Shown: positions 10,701 through 19,788 of the stretch, one piece after another
How the letters are laid out: each line of letters starts with the position of its first letter
How positions within the stretch are numbered: position 1 is the first letter of the stretch
NCBI GenBank assembly: GCA_037481835.1
Contig: JBBFKW010000007.1
Span: 32,214-96,213 of the forward strand
Reading direction: 5' to 3'
Length of the DNA: 64,000 nucleotides
DNA from: Desulfosoma sp.
GTDB lineage: Bacteria; Desulfobacterota; Syntrophobacteria; Syntrophobacterales; DSM-9756
Position numbers and translations under genes: made by a program
Notes under the pieces: model-generated
Told to the model about the DNA's origin: nothing
The model's input: only the letters and a program-made list of their open reading frames with translations
Database searches by the model: none

Positions 10701-11394
10701 GGGGCCGTCCGGAGCCATCCTGTCCTTGACCGGCGCTCGGGCTTACCTGCTCCAGACGCCTTTGGATTTCGACACGTTCAACGATGCCGGCGCCATGTTG
10801 GGTTCCGGCGGGTTGGTCTTTATCGGAGAAGACGACGACGTCGTCCGGCTGGCTCGCCATTTTACGGATTGGCTTTCGGAAGAATCCTGCGGTCAATGCC
10901 CGTCGTGTTTTCGAGGCACCCGGGCCTTGGGGCGTGTCCTGGACAAGATCCTGGCCGGTCAGGGCACAGCGGGCGATATTCACGAATTGTGGGCTTTGAG
11001 CGATGTGGTGCGGGCCGGAAGTCAGTGCGGCCTAGGAACAACCGCCGCCAACCCCGTGACCAGCGCCTTGCGGTTTTTCCCCGCGTCCTTTTTCCACTAC
11101 CTGCTCGGCAACCCGGAGATGCAACCTCGCGATGTCTTTGAGGCCCTGGAGGCCCTGAGGCTCCTGACACGACAGGAAATCGTTCGTGTTGCGGGAGTGC
11201 GCCGACACGTGGAAGGGGCGGCTTTCACGCTGAAACGGCATCTGGTGCGGTTCCTGGTGGAAGAAATCGAAAAAATCGATCGCTACCGGCCGTTGCCTTC
11301 CCGAATGACCGATCGGTTGCTCCGGTTGCTGGGCCTGCCGCGCTACGAAGTGGGCCAAAGAGAAGTCGTCATGGAATGGCGCGATGTGGCATAA
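7729..11394 (+). CDS. Fusion of unknown N-terminal domain + NuoE/HydC-like [2Fe-2S] domain + NuoF/HydB-like FMN/NAD(P)H-binding domain
   Basis: AAGGAG RBS. LHEVQGLFGYV, CKGTAC...CFGVC (NuoE-type 2Fe-2S). LRGRGGAGFPTGRKW, NGDEGDPGAFMDR, NNVETFANV, GGPSG, ESCGQCPSC...CGLG (NuoF FMN and N3-type cluster motifs). Confidence 0.88.
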   Translation: MSAYQPLDPNMTCRPSWWVERLRCVSGRPVPVRDTRIPKDGKPLAAVVGALRAGLDELRLLVGADSEAFRGFVEGLRAEALGPWGEDPERRLVGLVKEALGRRDWREKDIIDMILAYLTALGPSLPEDVRMSWERLERAAKARNGAERTLMEGLISEARGRLGGLAWAREHALEKGPREGAFGLSSLRWLRETLAAMTGCAGDLADRSDEELARLSPAEIWQDLDEALTKAWGKTGRSFPVKDLEKASLYLMEDMGARSPNHRFFIRFLIEDEAAYRRLLRTCYADETVQRACLDQECERFNRLPEHAAHRVFYDADEKTWWLKAFFLRPDVVHCFVERERAKDIYHVLAGLEPKAYLPRVLHEVQGLFGYVTPEACRHIVQRLGLDPEDVLRVIASYKQYSADPSGDIIIYVCKGTACFLRGQPELSRRLTEEIGAEVDAVGRYGVQYVEMDCFGVCHLAPVVRAGNRFYGKQKAEDIPRLVNSLIQGPDYENRQRFVSRLLEKMRADSVSEPVDALRVESVGKFSKVDRLGVREEGAWDDSLEGCSVILDDKGAVSILLPDGFAHGVGRLVPRVLPFIMRDADGFNRFGAVVLDDHRRAARVLGVPDLTDEEVIRGALRPTARVVDGRVVLSSHEKTVVLGPYTDRVLIADAPDAYVAVVLAEGGASGPFVETEARGPDRVASEEASFRAGQDRVVLDFAAAGRPSCMASYRAAGGYESVYRVLGFRGEPPWDPERIIAEVRDAKLRGRGGAGFPTGRKWEAMLRAVCRIDPEDGNQDPVKLIVANGDEGDPGAFMDRTLIEEKPHQVLEGMILAAVAVGARYGVIYVRKEYEDAVRSLEDALFEARRCGFLGRDIFGVSGLHFDVEIRLGAGAFVAGEKRAIMRAIEGKPAEPTIKAPSNTVRGLWGKPTLLNNVETFANVPVILHRGSAWYARLGTSRSGGTKIFSVAGIVKKTGLVEVRFGKTLGDVIEICGGIQDGKKLSGVQIGGPSGAILSLTGARAYLLQTPLDFDTFNDAGAMLGSGGLVFIGEDDDVVRLARHFTDWLSEESCGQCPSCFRGTRALGRVLDKILAGQGTAGDIHELWALSDVVRAGSQCGLGTTAANPVTSALRFFPASFFHYLLGNPEMQPRDVFEALEALRLLTRQEIVRVAGVRRHVEGAAFTLKRHLVRFLVEEIEKIDRYRPLPSRMTDRLLRLLGLPRYEVGQREVVMEWRDVA

Positions 11395-11452
11395 AGGCAA
11401 AAGTGAAGAGGGAAATCCAGCTGTCAGGAAAACGTTGCCCTGGAGGGGGACC

Positions 11453-12022
11453 ATGATGACCAAAGAGAGAACGTACTTCCAAGCCTTTCGAGAAATGGTG
11501 CAGGTGGTGAGCGGCACCTTGGATGTGCAGGTGGTGCTGCAGGCCATGGTGAGCACGATTCCCCAGGTCTTGGGGGCCAAGGCCTGTGCCGTCCGCCTCC
11601 TGGACCCCAAAGGCCGCACTCTGGAATTGGCCGCCAGTCACGGACTCAGTGACGCCTACATCCACAAGGGGCCTGTCGATGCGGACCAAAGCCTTGCCGA
11701 AACGCTTCAAGGAAAGACCGTCGTCATCCACGATGCATCGACGGACCCTCGAGCCCAGTACGGCGAAGCGGCCCGCAAGGAGGGGATCGTGGGCATCTGT
11801 TCCGTTCCCCTTAAGGTCAAAGGGAGGGTGATCGGGGTCCTGAGAATTTACACCGAGGAGCCCAAGGAGTATGTCCCCGACGAGCTGGCCTTTGTGGAGG
11901 CTTTGGGAGAATTGGGAGGCATTGCCATTGAAAACGCCCGTATGTACGAGCGGCTGAAAAAGGATTACGAAGAGGTCATGAGCGATGTCTTTCGCTTTGT
12001 GGGGTATCGGCGCAGCCTGTGA
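11453..12022 (+). CDS. Stand-alone GAF domain protein
   Basis: GGAGGGGG RBS before ATG 11453. LELAASHGLS, SVPLKVKGRVIGVLRIY, IAIENARMY are typical GAF signatures. Confidence 0.85.
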   Translation: MMTKERTYFQAFREMVQVVSGTLDVQVVLQAMVSTIPQVLGAKACAVRLLDPKGRTLELAASHGLSDAYIHKGPVDADQSLAETLQGKTVVIHDASTDPRAQYGEAARKEGIVGICSVPLKVKGRVIGVLRIYTEEPKEYVPDELAFVEALGELGGIAIENARMYERLKKDYEEVMSDVFRFVGYRRSL

Positions 12023-12102
12023 TCCGGACTGCACGGGGGGGAGCGGCTGGGGAAATCCTACGAAAACGGTCGTGTAAGATATCAGGAAAGTTAAGAAATT
12101 TT

Positions 12103-12129
12103 TAAAGTTTCCCGCCGATTCGCCGATAG
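12103..12129 (+). promoter_or_regulatory. Sigma-28 (FliA)-type promoter
   Basis: TAAAGTTT (12103-12110) - 11 nt - GCCGATAG (12122-12129) versus consensus TAAAGTTT-N11-GCCGATAA. Confidence 0.8.
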
Positions 12130-12207
12130 TTTTTTTAGATGGCGGCGAACGCCCGCTCAAGGGGAGAGCGTGCGGGCTTGAATCCGGTCAGAGTGAGGGC
12201 GGCGGAA

Positions 12208-13263
12208 ATGGCGGTCGGGGCGGTTGCAGCGGTTGCGGAGAAGGACTACGGCGCTCTGGATTTTCGAAAAGCGAAGAAACAGTCCCTGGACGGGCCGGTC
12301 AAAATCGAAGATCTGGGCTACGTGCCTTTTCCGGTGAAATTTTTGGTTCCGGATTTCATGATCCCGTGCGATCTCTTTGTTCCCGTGCTGGCCAAAGGGG
12401 AAGAGCTTCCCACCTTCGTCAAGGTCTTGGACCGAGGGCAGTTTTTTTCCGAGGAGTGGAGGTTCGCGCTCAAGGAACAGCGTGTGGACATGCTCTATGC
12501 GGAAGAAGACGCCGCGATGGGCCTCGACGACTATTTCGCCGAAGTCCTCCATGCCTTCACCGAAGACGAGGTGACCCCCACGTGGCAAAAGGCCCTGGTT
12601 TTGTACAATTACGGGGAATTTCTCGCCCGGCGCCTCTTTCAGGATGTGCATGACGGGGATCTCTTCGAAAAAACGATCCATTGGGCAGACTCCGTCGTTG
12701 GGCTCGTCCAGGGGCAGCAGGCGAAGGTTTCCGTGATCTATCGGCTGTTTTCCCGAGATTACGAAACTTTCAACCACAGTGTCCAGGTGGCGATGCTGGC
12801 CGCGGCTTTTTGCGGCTTTTGCGGCTGGCGCTCCGAGGACGCGACTCGTGTCGGTGTCGCCGGGCTTTACCACGATATCGGAAAAATCTGGGTAGACCAG
12901 AGGATCCTTCTCAAGCCCTCATCCCTCACCCGTGAAGAATTCGGCCAGATCCGTCGGCATCCGCAGGCCGCTTACGACCATTTGGCGGCCTTAGACTGGA
13001 TGAACGCCGATCAGTTATCCGCCGTTCGCGAACATCACGAATCCATGGACGGCACGGGCTATCCTCAGGGGCTCAAAGGAGCGGACATCCATCCATACGC
13101 TCGGGTTTTGCACATCTGTGATTGTTTTGACGCCTTGACCACCCACCGGCCCTACAAAAAAGCCGTCACCCCTTACAAGGCCTTGAAGCTCATGCAAAGT
13201 GAGATGAGGCTTTCTTTCGATCGACACCTCCTGTATAAATTCATTCAATTTCTCGGTTCTTGA
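12208..13263 (+). CDS. HD-GYP domain protein (putative c-di-GMP phosphodiesterase)
   Basis: [39 protein letters not shown]. Start uncertain: ATG 12139 lies almost at the predicted transcription start, so ATG 12208 is preferred. Confidence 0.9.
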   Translation: MAVGAVAAVAEKDYGALDFRKAKKQSLDGPVKIEDLGYVPFPVKFLVPDFMIPCDLFVPVLAKGEELPTFVKVLDRGQFFSEEWRFALKEQRVDMLYAEEDAAMGLDDYFAEVLHAFTEDEVTPTWQKALVLYNYGEFLARRLFQDVHDGDLFEKTIHWADSVVGLVQGQQAKVSVIYRLFSRDYETFNHSVQVAMLAAAFCGFCGWRSEDATRVGVAGLYHDIGKIWVDQRILLKPSSLTREEFGQIRRHPQAAYDHLAALDWMNADQLSAVREHHESMDGTGYPQGLKGADIHPYARVLHICDCFDALTTHRPYKKAVTPYKALKLMQSEMRLSFDRHLLYKFIQFLGS

Positions 13264-13321
13264 GCCGTACCGGCCGAGAAAGCCGAAAAATTCGAAACTG
13301 GAGACAGTATTGAGGTGCGCG

Positions 13322-14923
13322 ATGCCTGAAAGACAGGTCTATCTTTACGACACCACTTTGCGTGACGGGACGCAGGCCGAGGACTTCAACCTTTCCTTGG
13401 CCGATAAGATCCGGGTGGCTCTGAAATTGGATGATCTTGGGATTCATTACATCGAAGGGGGATGGCCGGGATCCAATCCCAAGGACGAGGAATTTTTTGC
13501 GGAGATCCGAAATTACGAACTGAAACGGGCCAAGATCGCCGCCTTCGGATCCACGCATCACCCGAGTAATCGGGCCGATCAGGACGCCAATCTGCGCGCC
13601 TTGGTGGACGCCAAGACTCCCGTGGTTACCATTTTCGGCAAGAGTTGGACGGTGCACGTCAAGGATGCCTTGAAAACCACGTTGAACAAGAACCTGGAAA
13701 TCATCCGAGACAGCTTGGCTTTCCTCCGGCCGCAGGTGGAGACGCTCTTCTATGATGCCGAACACTTTTTCGACGGTTTCCGGGACAATCCTGAATACGC
13801 TCTGGCCACCTTGGCCAAAGCCGTGGAAGGCGGGGCGGAATGCCTCATTTTGTGTGACACCAACGGCGGGAATCTGCCGTCGACCATTCAGGAAGCCATC
13901 AAAGCCGTGCAGGCCCGTTTTCCCAACGTTCCCTTAGGGATTCACGCCCATAACGATTCGGACTTGGCTGTGGCCAATTCACTGGCGGCGGTGGAAATGG
14001 GCGTCGTCCAGGTTCAAGGGACCTTCAACGGTGTGGGGGAGCGCTGCGGTAACGCAAACCTGTGTTCCATCATCCCCACGCTGTGCCTGAAGATGAACAT
14101 CCCGTGTTTGGCTCCGGAAGATCTGAAAAAACTCAGGCGAGTCAGCCGATTCATCCTGGAAATTGCCAATGTGCCGCCCAACCGTTACCAACCTTACGTG
14201 GGCCGAAGCGCCTTCGCCCACAAAGGCGGGGTCCATATCAGCGCCGTGGAACGCAGCCCCCGCACCTACGAACACATTGATCCGGAACTGGTGGGCAACA
14301 AGCGCCGATTTCTCATCTCCGACCTGTCTGGCAGGGCGGCTGTTCAGAGAAAAGCCGTGGAATTCGGCATCCCCCTTACTTCCAAGGACCCTGTGGCCTT
14401 GCAGGTGCTCAATCAAATCAAGGAACTGGAACATCAAGGCTATCAGTTTGAAGCCGCCGAGGCCAGCTTTGAACTGCTCATCAACAAGGCCATGGGCCGG
14501 TTCAAGAAATACTTCGAACTCATCGGATACCGCGTGGTGGACCAAAAGCTCAGCGAAAACGGGGAGCCGGTGTCGGAAGCCACCATCCGCGTCCGCGTCG
14601 GGGGGCAGGAAGAGCATACGGCGGCCCTGGGGCAGGGGCCGGTGAACGCCCTGGACAACGCGCTGCGCAAGGCTCTGGAAAAGTTCTATCCCGAACTCAA
14701 AGGCATGGAGCTCACGGACTACAGGGTTCGCGTTCTTCCCGGCAAGGAAGGGACGGCGGCCAAGGTGCGCGTGCTCATCGAATCCCACGACGGCAAGGAA
14801 CACTGGGGGACCGTGGGCGTTTCCCACGACATCTTGGAAGCCAGCTGGCAGGCCCTCGTGGACAGCATCAACTACAAAATGTACATGGGGGAAAAGGCCC
14901 AAGAAACCAAGACGGCCAAATAA
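13322..14923 (+). CDS. cimA: Citramalate synthase (LeuA/CimA family)
   Basis: [55 protein letters not shown]-terminal allosteric domain (GPVNALD...WGTVGVS). Confidence 0.9.
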   Translation: MPERQVYLYDTTLRDGTQAEDFNLSLADKIRVALKLDDLGIHYIEGGWPGSNPKDEEFFAEIRNYELKRAKIAAFGSTHHPSNRADQDANLRALVDAKTPVVTIFGKSWTVHVKDALKTTLNKNLEIIRDSLAFLRPQVETLFYDAEHFFDGFRDNPEYALATLAKAVEGGAECLILCDTNGGNLPSTIQEAIKAVQARFPNVPLGIHAHNDSDLAVANSLAAVEMGVVQVQGTFNGVGERCGNANLCSIIPTLCLKMNIPCLAPEDLKKLRRVSRFILEIANVPPNRYQPYVGRSAFAHKGGVHISAVERSPRTYEHIDPELVGNKRRFLISDLSGRAAVQRKAVEFGIPLTSKDPVALQVLNQIKELEHQGYQFEAAEASFELLINKAMGRFKKYFELIGYRVVDQKLSENGEPVSEATIRVRVGGQEEHTAALGQGPVNALDNALRKALEKFYPELKGMELTDYRVRVLPGKEGTAAKVRVLIESHDGKEHWGTVGVSHDILEASWQALVDSINYKMYMGEKAQETKTAK

Positions 14924-15265
14924 TCTTAATGGGCCTGGCGAGGGCGAACGGCAGCGTGACGGAATAATGGGGATTGCCGACGGCATGTTGTCGCCAGTCC
15001 CGAACGATCATGGGTGCCCTTGCCTCACCCGGCATGGGTGAAAAAGCGGGCCGGGCAGGCACTCTTTGTGGAAGCGCCGAGAGGGGCGACCGTCCCTCAT
15101 CGCGCTTTTCGCCTCTCCCACTGTAGACCAAAGCCGAAGTTTTTTCACAACAAGGTGTCCCGCTCCCTCGTTTCCGCTCACGATGCTTTCTTTGCGCCTG
15201 GGCGCGAGACCTTTTTTACCTCGCGCCAAGGGGAGTCGTCTCGGTCGCTCCGGTTCGTCGCCTTT

Positions 15266-16639
15266 CTAGTTGTTGAGGCTTTGGACGGGTGCGGGGATGC
15301 GGCCGCCGAGCCGAATGAATTCCGTGGAGAGATCCCCATTGGGTATGGGAATGATGGTCGCCTCTCCCAGTAGGCCCCCGAAGTAGGCTTTTTCTCCCGC
15401 TTTTTTTCCGGGGACTGGGATGAGCCGGGCTGCGGTGGTTTTTCGGTTGATAACACCGATGGCCATTTCGTCAGCGATGATGGCGGCGAGGGTTTCGGCG
15501 GACGTATCGCCCGGCAGAGCCACCATATCGAGCCCGACGGAGCAGACGCTGGTCATGGCTTCGAGCTTTTCCAGGCTGAGATGCCCCTTTCGGGCCGCCT
15601 CGGAAATGTTCAGATCTTCGCTCACGGGGATGAACGCGCCGCTCAAGCCGCCCACATAGCTGCTGGCAAAGGCGCCGCCTTTCTTGACTGCATCGTTGAG
15701 CAAGGCCAAGACCGCCGTCGATCCCGGGGCGCCGATGCTTCCCAGGCCCAGGCTCTGGAAGATTTCCCCCACACTATCCCCCACGTTGGGTGTGGGCGCC
15801 AGGCTGAGGTCCACGACACCGAAGGGGATTTCGAGGCGGCGGGCCACTTCCCGGCCGATGAGTTCCCCGACGCTCGTGACTTTGAAGGCCGTCCGTTTGA
15901 TGACTTCGGCCAGCCGGCCCAAATCCAGCGCGGGATTGGTCCGTCGCGCCCGATCGATGGCTTTTCGCACCACTCCGGGACCGCTCACCCCCACGTTGAT
16001 GACGCATTCCGGTTCGCCGACACCCAGGTAGGCTCCCGCCATAAACGGAATATCTTGGGGAATGTTTGCAAAGACGCACAGCTTGGCGCACCCGATGCCG
16101 TCCGCGTGGGCGGTAGCCGAGGCGGTGCGTTTGATGACATGGCCCATCATGAGAACGGCATCCATGTTAATGCCCGCCTTGGTGGCGGCCACGTTGACCG
16201 AAGCACAGACCCGCTCGGTTTGAGCAAGGGCTTCCGGAATGGCGTCGATGAGGCTCACATCTCCGTTGGTGAACCCTTTTTCCACCAAGGCGCTGAAGCC
16301 GCCGATGAAGTCCACGTGAACCTCTTGGGCGGCCTCGTCCAGCGTTCGGGCGACCTTGATGAGATCGTCCCGAGCGAAAGCGGCGCCCACCACGGCGATG
16401 GGGCTGACGGCAACGCGTTTGTTCACCACCGGGATGCCGTACTTGTCTCCCACGTCATCGCACACGGCAACGAGATTTTGGGCAAGGCGGACGATTTTTC
16501 GTCGCACCTTGTCGCAGAACCTGTCCACGTCCGGGTCGGCGCAGTCGAAAAGACTCACGCCTAGGGTGACCGTGCGGACATCCAGATGTTCGCTGCGAAG
16601 CATTTCCAGAGTGGAGAGAATTTCCCGATCCGAGAGCAT
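15266..16639 (-). CDS. PFL-like / UPF0210 (DUF711) family protein
   Basis: LDVRTVTLGVSL, GIPVVNKRVAVSPI, KLEAMTSVCSVGLDM; paired with an ACT gene as is typical for the family. Confidence 0.9.
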   Translation of the reverse strand: MLSDREILSTLEMLRSEHLDVRTVTLGVSLFDCADPDVDRFCDKVRRKIVRLAQNLVAVCDDVGDKYGIPVVNKRVAVSPIAVVGAAFARDDLIKVARTLDEAAQEVHVDFIGGFSALVEKGFTNGDVSLIDAIPEALAQTERVCASVNVAATKAGINMDAVLMMGHVIKRTASATAHADGIGCAKLCVFANIPQDIPFMAGAYLGVGEPECVINVGVSGPGVVRKAIDRARRTNPALDLGRLAEVIKRTAFKVTSVGELIGREVARRLEIPFGVVDLSLAPTPNVGDSVGEIFQSLGLGSIGAPGSTAVLALLNDAVKKGGAFASSYVGGLSGAFIPVSEDLNISEAARKGHLSLEKLEAMTSVCSVGLDMVALPGDTSAETLAAIIADEMAIGVINRKTTAARLIPVPGKKAGEKAYFGGLLGEATIIPIPNGDLSTEFIRLGGRIPAPVQSLNN

Positions 16640-16685
16640 GGTGCGTCCTGACTCCTAAAGGAATGTGGCCCTTGAAAGGATGGGA

Positions 16686-17243
16686 TCAAATGCGGTGGAT
16701 CGCCTCGAAAATGTCCCTGTGTTGAAGACTCAAATCCAAGCCCAGGTCTTCCGCCCTTTGGCGAAGAGCCTTGCGAAACGCCTGCTGGTCGATATGCAAG
16801 GGAATATCCACTTCGTAGATCATGATGTTTCGCCGGGGGTCGGCCCCTCCGCGGAAGGCGGCCCGAAGATTTGTGATGTTCACCCCGAACCGGGCCATCA
16901 CGTCCGTAATGCCGGCCACAAGCCCCAGGCGGTCCGGACCGATAGTGGTGACGACGAAAGGTTCGCTGGGTGGTGCCTCATACCGGCCGGCTTCTTGCGT
17001 GGGCTTGAGGAGCACGGCCAGGCCCATGGGCTTGAGGTGCTCCTGCAGTTTCTTTTCCAAGTCCTCCATGGAGAGGTCCTCGGGCAAGGAAGCGATAAAG
17101 ATGCCGGCGAATTCCGACTGCAAAATGGTTTGACTCACATCTTCGATATTGCATCGGTTTTCCGAAAGGACTCGGGAAACCGCGGCAACAATCCCGGGCC
17201 TGTCGGACCCGAGGACGGAAATGACAACCTTAGCCGCAGGCAT
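16686..17243 (-). CDS. Double ACT-domain protein (GcvR-like)
   Basis: GSDRPGIVAAVS and GPDRLGLVAGIT ACT motifs, C-terminal QHRDIFEAIHRI; GGAGGT RBS before ATG 17243. Confidence 0.85.
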   Translation of the reverse strand: MPAAKVVISVLGSDRPGIVAAVSRVLSENRCNIEDVSQTILQSEFAGIFIASLPEDLSMEDLEKKLQEHLKPMGLAVLLKPTQEAGRYEAPPSEPFVVTTIGPDRLGLVAGITDVMARFGVNITNLRAAFRGGADPRRNIMIYEVDIPLHIDQQAFRKALRQRAEDLGLDLSLQHRDIFEAIHRI

Positions 17244-17725
17244 GGCCGAAACCTCCGTGTGCAGGGACAAACTCATCGAGAGGCCCGCACGCTAGCGTGA
17301 GCACGAAAAGAAGTCAATGATCCGAAAAGGAAGCTTCAAGGTTTGCTCGACGGGACTGAAAAGACATGCCGGTATCAGCATGCCACCGATGATCCTTGTG
17401 GCGCCGGCGCCCTATCGATACGAGATTCAATCGAGCGGCCCCTTTCGTCATGGCCGTTAAAAACCCTCGGCACCGCGTTCCGCTGGAAAGGGCGGCCTCC
17501 AAGCCCGATCGGGCGTCCCGGCGGGTTTCCAATGAGGCGCTCGGCGTGCTTTTGTGGAAACCCGATAGGGTCTTGGTCGCACGGGAGCTCCGACACGAAA
17601 ATGTCGCTCGACTTTGAGCGCCCCTCTTGTTAAAAGTTTCAGTAAGCGTGTCCCTGAAGAGCAGGTTTTATGCGTCCGTATGTTTCCGACGTGACGTGAC
17701 CGTCACGTTCTCGAGGAGCGTTCCC

Positions 17726-19243
17726 ATGAAAGTCCTTTTGGTTTATCCGGAAGTTGCTGAAACGTTTTGGAGTTTCAAGCATGCGCTGCGCATTGTGCGC
17801 CGCAAGGCGGCGTTCCCGCCGCTGGGTCTTCTCACCGTGGCCGCCCTCCTGCCTGACCATTGGCAGAAAAAGGTCGTGGACATGAACACGCGACCGCTGG
17901 AAGACAGAGACCTACTGTGGGCGGACTATGTGTTTGTGAGCGCCATGATCGCCCAACGGCGTTCCACCAGAGAAGTGGTCCAGCGGTGCGCTCGCCTGGG
18001 TGTGCCCGTGGTGGGGGGAGGGCCGTTGTTTTACGGCTACGCTGAAGATTTTCCAGAGGTCTCCCACCTGGTCATCGGGGAGGGTGAGGCCCTTGTTCCG
18101 GAATTGGCGAAGGATTTGGAGGGAGGGCGCGCTCGGCCATTGTATCGAACGGACGAGCATCCCGACTTGGATCAGACGCCGCTGCCCCTTTGGGACCTCA
18201 TTCGGTTGAAAGATTATGCCAGCATGAGTGTCCAGTATTCCCGGGGATGCCCGTTCAACTGCGAGTTCTGTGACATAATCGTCTTGAACGGCAGGAAGCC
18301 GCGCACCAAGTCTCCGGAACAAATGATCGCCGAACTGGAGGCCCTTTACAGCAGAAAATGGAGGGGGTCGGTCTTCATCGTGGACGACAACTTCATCGGC
18401 AACAAACACCGTGTGAAGGGAGTACTGGAAGCCATAATCCGCTGGCAGGAACGGCGCGGGTGGAAGTTCAGCTTTTACACCGAGGCGTCCGTGGATTTGG
18501 CCGAAGACAAGGAACTCATGGATCTCATGGTGCGTGCCGGTTTCAACAAAGTTTTCTTGGGATTGGAAACCCCGGCGACGGAAAGCCTCAAAGAATGCGG
18601 CAAGGGTCAAAACCTTCGCCGCCCCTTGGATGAGTCGGTCCGAATCATTCAGAACAGTGGCCTTGCGGTCATGGGCGGCTTTATCATCGGCTTTGACAAC
18701 GATCCACCCGACATCTTTCAAAAGCAGGTCCATTTCGTCCAGTCCACGGGCGTCGTGACGGCCATGATCGGCCTGCTGACCGCCGTGCCCGAAACGCGAC
18801 TTTACAAGAGGCTGGAAAGGGAGGGTCGACTATTGTTCAAGCCCAGCGGCGACAATACGAGCCTCGAAGGGACCTTGAACTTCATTCCGAAAATGGATCG
18901 GCAAAAGATCATGGAAGGCTACCGGTGGGTGATGGATACCATCTATTCCCCCACCATGTATTACGAGCGGATCAAAGCTTTCTTGGAAACATATCGGCCG
19001 CGGGCCAAAGCCGCCTTGGAAAAAAACGATCTTGTCACTTTCGTGCGTTCCCTGTGGTATCTTGGGGTGCGTGACACCAAGGCGTCTCGATCCTGTTTCT
19101 GGAAACTCCTCAAGGAAACCCTCGTGCACTATCGTTCAAGCCTTACCGATGTGGTGACCGTGCTCGTCTACGGCTATCACTTCCGGAAGCTCTTTCACTC
19201 GGGCATGTTCCACGGCCATGAGGTTACCGACGGGCGTTCCTGA
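17726..19243 (+). CDS. B12-binding domain radical SAM protein (DUF4070 C-terminus)
   Basis: PPLGLLTVAA B12-binding start, SRGCPFNCEFC (CxxxCxxC), VDDNFIGN; GAGGAG RBS before ATG 17726. Confidence 0.9.
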   Translation: MKVLLVYPEVAETFWSFKHALRIVRRKAAFPPLGLLTVAALLPDHWQKKVVDMNTRPLEDRDLLWADYVFVSAMIAQRRSTREVVQRCARLGVPVVGGGPLFYGYAEDFPEVSHLVIGEGEALVPELAKDLEGGRARPLYRTDEHPDLDQTPLPLWDLIRLKDYASMSVQYSRGCPFNCEFCDIIVLNGRKPRTKSPEQMIAELEALYSRKWRGSVFIVDDNFIGNKHRVKGVLEAIIRWQERRGWKFSFYTEASVDLAEDKELMDLMVRAGFNKVFLGLETPATESLKECGKGQNLRRPLDESVRIIQNSGLAVMGGFIIGFDNDPPDIFQKQVHFVQSTGVVTAMIGLLTAVPETRLYKRLEREGRLLFKPSGDNTSLEGTLNFIPKMDRQKIMEGYRWVMDTIYSPTMYYERIKAFLETYRPRAKAALEKNDLVTFVRSLWYLGVRDTKASRSCFWKLLKETLVHYRSSLTDVVTVLVYGYHFRKLFHSGMFHGHEVTDGRS

Positions 19244-19287
19244 CCCGGAAAGGGAAAAAACGCGCGCCACACTTTCCCGTTTTTCGT

Positions 19288-19788
19288 CTAGGTGGGGTTG
19301 ATTTCGGCCGCCGCCTCAAGGCGGCCGAAATGGGCGAACCGGCGGCGAAGGTCGCCTGTGTGAGGAACAAAACGCAGCCGACGCGTCGTCGGGCCGAGGA
19401 TTTCCAAGAAAATATCCAGCCTTGCCGAAGGGAGGAAGGGCCCGAGCCGTTCGGGCCATTCCACCACGGCGACGCCGTCCCCGAAAAGAGCTTCCCTCCA
19501 GGGGAGGGTTTCCAACTCGTCGGGATCGCCCAGGCGGTAGCCGTCCATGTGGTAGAGGCGAAGCCGCCCTTCGTATTCGTTGATGATGGTGAAGGTCGGG
19601 CTCGTGACGGCCGTTCCCGCGGGGACTCCCAAGCCTCGAGCGATCCCTTTGGTAAGGAGGGTCTTGCCCGCTCCCAGTTCTCCCCACAAGGCCACCACAT
19701 CGCCCGCGACCAAGCGTTTTCCCACGGCTTCCCCCAAGGCCAAGGACGCCTCGGGTGACGCGGATTCCACGCACAGGCTTTCCGTCAT
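19288..19788 (-). CDS. tsaE: tRNA threonylcarbamoyladenosine biosynthesis ATPase
   Basis: GELGAGKT, VTSPTFTIINEY, HMDGYRL, VEWPE; ATGA overlap with the nnr stop. Confidence 0.92.
   Translation of the reverse strand: MTESLCVESASPEASLALGEAVGKRLVAGDVVALWGELGAGKTLLTKGIARGLGVPAGTAVTSPTFTIINEYEGRLRLYHMDGYRLGDPDELETLPWREALFGDGVAVVEWPERLGPFLPSARLDIFLEILGPTTRRLRFVPHTGDLRRRFAHFGRLEAAAEINPT

Noticed and set aside
17277..17725. Cobalamin riboswitch before the B12-binding radical SAM gene
   Set aside because: No B12-box or conserved core recognised.
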